The position numbers and the translations under genes are program-made. Shown here in pieces: positions 61,108-64,000 of a stretch of 64,000 nt of DNA. Each line of letters opens with the position of its first letter. Position 1 is the stretch's first letter. The notes beneath the pieces are model-generated. The model made no database searches. It was not told the DNA's origin and was given only the letters and a program-made list of their open reading frames with translations. Source of the DNA: Thermodesulfobacteriota bacterium. GTDB taxonomy: Bacteria > Desulfobacterota_D > UBA1144 > Nemesobacterales > JAJCZQ01. The stretch covers positions 576,001-640,000 of the forward strand of contig OZ244044.1 in NCBI GenBank assembly GCA_965215275.1, read 5' to 3'.

Positions 61108-62904
61108 GTGAAAGATAAATTATTGAAAATAAGAAAAAAACTCAATCTCAGTCAAGAAGAGCTTGCCACAAGGCTAGAAGTTTCTTTCGCTACAGTCAAC
61201 CGTTGGGAAAATAGCAAGACGACCATTAGAAAGAAGGCAAAAGAAAGAATAGAAGAACTTTACAGAAATGTTGCCTACATAGACGAGACTGTAGAAACAG
61301 ATATAAGTGCAAGAAGAAAAAAAAGAGGGGTTTCCAAAAGTTCAATTCTGAGCAATAAATCTATGGAGAAAATGCTATGGAATGCGGCTTGCTCCATAAG
61401 AGGCGAAAAAGATGCTCCTAAATTTAAAGATTATATTCTTCCACTTCTTTTTATCAAACGGCTTTCAGATGTATTTGATGATGAGGTTAAGCGAATTACT
61501 GAAGAGTTAGGTGATGAACAGACAGCCTTAAAAATGATTAGGGCAGATAGGTCTCTAGTTTGGTTTTACATTCCTCCAGAAGCACATTGGTCTGTTATCA
61601 GTGGAAAAGAAAAAATTAAATACCCTAAGGGTAAAAGACCTCATAGTTTAGGAGAGCAATTAACCTTAACAATGAGAGCTATTGTTAAAGAAAACCCACA
61701 GCATTCATTAGGTGGTGTGACAGACCTTGTGGATTACAATGCCACTCAACAAGGGGAAAGAAAAATCAGTGATAGAGTTTTAAGAAGAATTATAGATGCT
61801 TTTTCTGATTCAAGATACCGCTTGGGTTTAAAGGATATTGAACCTGATTCTTTAGGTCGATCTTATGAGTATCTTCTCAGAAAATTTGCTGAAGGCAGAG
61901 GCCAAACTGCTGGAGAGTTTTTTACTCCTCGTGAAGTCGGTTTTATTATAGCAAATATTCTAAATCCGAAAGGTGGAGAGACCGCCTATGACTATGCTTG
62001 TGGTTCTTTTGGTCTTTTAGTTAAACTCCAATTGGTATTAAGACAAAATAATCCTCTGAACAGACTTCCTTTAAAACTTTACGGACAGGAATTAAACAAG
62101 GACAACTTTATATTAGGGTGCATGAATAAAATTCTTCATGACATTGATGGAGAAATTAAACGAGGGGATTCCATGCAAAAACCTAGGTTTCGCGAAAAAG
62201 ATGGAACTCTTAAAACCTTTGACATAATTATAGCCAACCCTATATGGAATCAGCCTTTCGACCCCTCTATTTATGAAAACGATCCTTTTGAGCGATTTGA
62301 AAATCATGGTGGCTTTACTGCTGGTAAAGGAGACTGGGCTTGGCTTCAACATACTGCAGCTTCTCTTAATTCAAAAGGTCGTGCTGCAATTGTTTTAGAT
62401 ACAGGAGCCGTTACTCGTGGCAGTGGCAGTAAACACGATGATAAAGAAAAGATGATTCGAAAATGGTTTATAGAAAAGGATTTAATAGAAGGAGTTATTT
62501 TATTTCCTGAAAACCTTTTCTATAACACTTCAGCTGCCGGGATTATTGTTTTCTTAAATAAAAATAAGCCAAAAAATAAAAGGGATAAAATCATATTATT
62601 AAATGCCAGCAAAGAATTCTATAAGGGAAGACCAAAAAACCATATCTCAGAAGAAGGCATTGAGCGGATCGCAGAAGCTTTTATAAAAGGAGAAGATGAA
62701 GAAAAATTTGTGAAAGTCATCACGAAAAGAGAAGCAGAAAAAAATGATTACAACCTATCCCCCTCTCTATATATTAGTTTAGTGGATACAGAAACTTATA
62801 GAGAAATCCCTGAAGTGCTTGATGAACTTAAAAACTTAAGAAAAAAATCAAACAAGCTTGATAAAGAACTTAGTGAAGTGATGTTCTTGATAGAGCTTAA
62901 TTAA
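61108..62904 (+). CDS. hsdM: type I R-M methyltransferase subunit with N-terminal XRE HTH
   Basis: LNLSQEELATRLEVSFATVNRWE HTH; YEYLL, GEFFTPREV, YDYACGSFG, ANPIW, ENLFYNT, YNLSPSLY. Confidence 0.88.
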   Translation: MKDKLLKIRKKLNLSQEELATRLEVSFATVNRWENSKTTIRKKAKERIEELYRNVAYIDETVETDISARRKKRGVSKSSILSNKSMEKMLWNAACSIRGEKDAPKFKDYILPLLFIKRLSDVFDDEVKRITEELGDEQTALKMIRADRSLVWFYIPPEAHWSVISGKEKIKYPKGKRPHSLGEQLTLTMRAIVKENPQHSLGGVTDLVDYNATQQGERKISDRVLRRIIDAFSDSRYRLGLKDIEPDSLGRSYEYLLRKFAEGRGQTAGEFFTPREVGFIIANILNPKGGETAYDYACGSFGLLVKLQLVLRQNNPLNRLPLKLYGQELNKDNFILGCMNKILHDIDGEIKRGDSMQKPRFREKDGTLKTFDIIIANPIWNQPFDPSIYENDPFERFENHGGFTAGKGDWAWLQHTAASLNSKGRAAIVLDTGAVTRGSGSKHDDKEKMIRKWFIEKDLIEGVILFPENLFYNTSAAGIIVFLNKNKPKNKRDKIILLNASKEFYKGRPKNHISEEGIERIAEAFIKGEDEEKFVKVITKREAEKNDYNLSPSLYISLVDTETYREIPEVLDELKNLRKKSNKLDKELSEVMFLIELN

Positions 62905-63164
62905 GAGAGAAACTTTATGAAAATAAACCAAAATCAGAAGAAAAAAGATAATCTTATTTTAAAACCGTAAAATTAGAAAGGTTGGCATAATTAAAGAAAT
63001 AATACTACTCTGTAATGTATGTTTTATGAACTTTGACAGACAGTATTGATCCAACAGATTATTATAAGGAAAATACGAAAAAGAGATAGGCAAAAGAGTG
63101 ATTTTCAAAAAAACTATTTGAGCAAAACAAAGCAATTAAATTCAAAAATAAAAGGAAATATAAT

Positions 63165-63827
63165 ATGGAACAAAAGAACAATCAAACCTCCCCCAATCAA
63201 AATTATACAGCACCTGAATATGATAAAAACAATTTCCATTGCCCCCACTGCAATGTTTACGCTCATCAAATCTGGCATTATGCCAGCCGTGCAGGGTACT
63301 CCTCATATTCTATTAAAAACATTAAATTTAGCTTCTGTAGTTGTTGCAACAAATACTCTATATGGGTGGATGAAAAAATGGTTTATCCTAACCTACCTAC
63401 AGTTCCACCTCCTGTTGCTGAAATGCCAAAAAATGTAAAAGAAACCTATAATCAAGCAAGAAGTATTATAAACCTCTCCCCAATTGGAGCTTGTGCTTTG
63501 TTAAGACTATCCATTCAATTACTTATTAAAGAACTCGGAGAGGATGAAACAAATTTAAGCAAGGCTATCGGTAACTTGGTCAAAAAAGGATTGCCAGAAA
63601 GAATTACACAAGCTTTAGATTCAGTAAGGGTCATTGGAAACAACGCAGTTCATTCAGGGAAAATAAATATTGAAGATAATTCAAAAATAGCTAGTTCTTT
63701 ATTTCAACTTGTAAATTTTATTACTGAAAAAACAATTGTAGAAAACAAACAGGTTGAAAGAATTTTTAACTATTTACCTGAAAATCAAAAACAAGCAATA
63801 GAAAGAAGAGATAATAATAATAGTTAA
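63165..63827 (+). CDS. DUF4145-domain protein with N-terminal Zn ribbon
   Basis: FHCPHC...CSCC, then YNQARSI...ACALLR, VRVIGNNAVH. Confidence 0.8.
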   Translation: MEQKNNQTSPNQNYTAPEYDKNNFHCPHCNVYAHQIWHYASRAGYSSYSIKNIKFSFCSCCNKYSIWVDEKMVYPNLPTVPPPVAEMPKNVKETYNQARSIINLSPIGACALLRLSIQLLIKELGEDETNLSKAIGNLVKKGLPERITQALDSVRVIGNNAVHSGKINIEDNSKIASSLFQLVNFITEKTIVENKQVERIFNYLPENQKQAIERRDNNNS

Positions 63828-63838
63828 AGTCTAAAAAT

Positions 63839-64000
63839 ATGGAAAAAACCAAGCAAACAAAAATTGGAGAAATTCCTGAGAGTTGGAATCTTAAAACTCT
63901 AAAAGAAGGGGCTAATATTAGTTCAGGAAATTCCGCTCCTCAAGAAAATAGTTTTTTTATAAATGGGAAATTTCCTTTTTGCAGAACTTCAGACGTAGCT
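63839..64000 (+). CDS. hsdS: type I R-M specificity subunit (3'-truncated by window edge)
   Basis: Read by hand: MEKTKQTKIGEIPESWNLKTLKEGANISSGNSAPQ, a typical HsdS N-terminus; downstream of hsdM. Confidence 0.78.
   Translation, partial: MEKTKQTKIGEIPESWNLKTLKEGANISSGNSAPQENSFFINGKFPFCRTSDVA

Noticed and set aside
63046..63438. 130-aa ORF overlapping the DUF4145 gene
   Set aside because: Alternative frame of a better supported CDS.

Overview
Bacterial chromosomal window: mostly housekeeping genes (surE, purM, hemA/B/C, folE, ispG, pckA, Mn/Zn ABC transporter with a DtxR-family regulator, nth, secG, tpiA, def, lsrF, bioB/A/F, three tRNAs) between two defence islands. The left island (1-5.6 kb) is a DUF1156 methyltransferase, DUF499 ATPase and DprA-like gene abutting the 3' end of tRNA-Ser. 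The AT-rich right island (about 57.7-64 kb) holds a CBASS operon (frameshifted patatin effector, SMODS-type cyclase ending in a GG tail, and an E2-like protein fused to a SEC-C zinc motif), divergent from a type I R-M locus with an HTH-fused HsdM. Accessory highlights: (i) a three-member family of modular surface proteins sharing a signal peptide and Cys-containing N-terminal module (the two full-length members also share a GGGGC-TM-RRK C-terminal anchor), each carrying a 9-nt C/G homopolymer, which in two members separates the start codon from the body of the gene (candidate phase variation); (ii) a PD-(D/E)XK nuclease whose downstream partner ORF was tandemly duplicated and diversified in its centre, leaving a nuoM scar; (iii) a triplicated bioA start, an apparent ATT start for bioB and an in-frame TAG in a TPR gene. 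All calls come from motif recognition by eye, without database searches. The homopolymer frameshifts could be sequencing errors.
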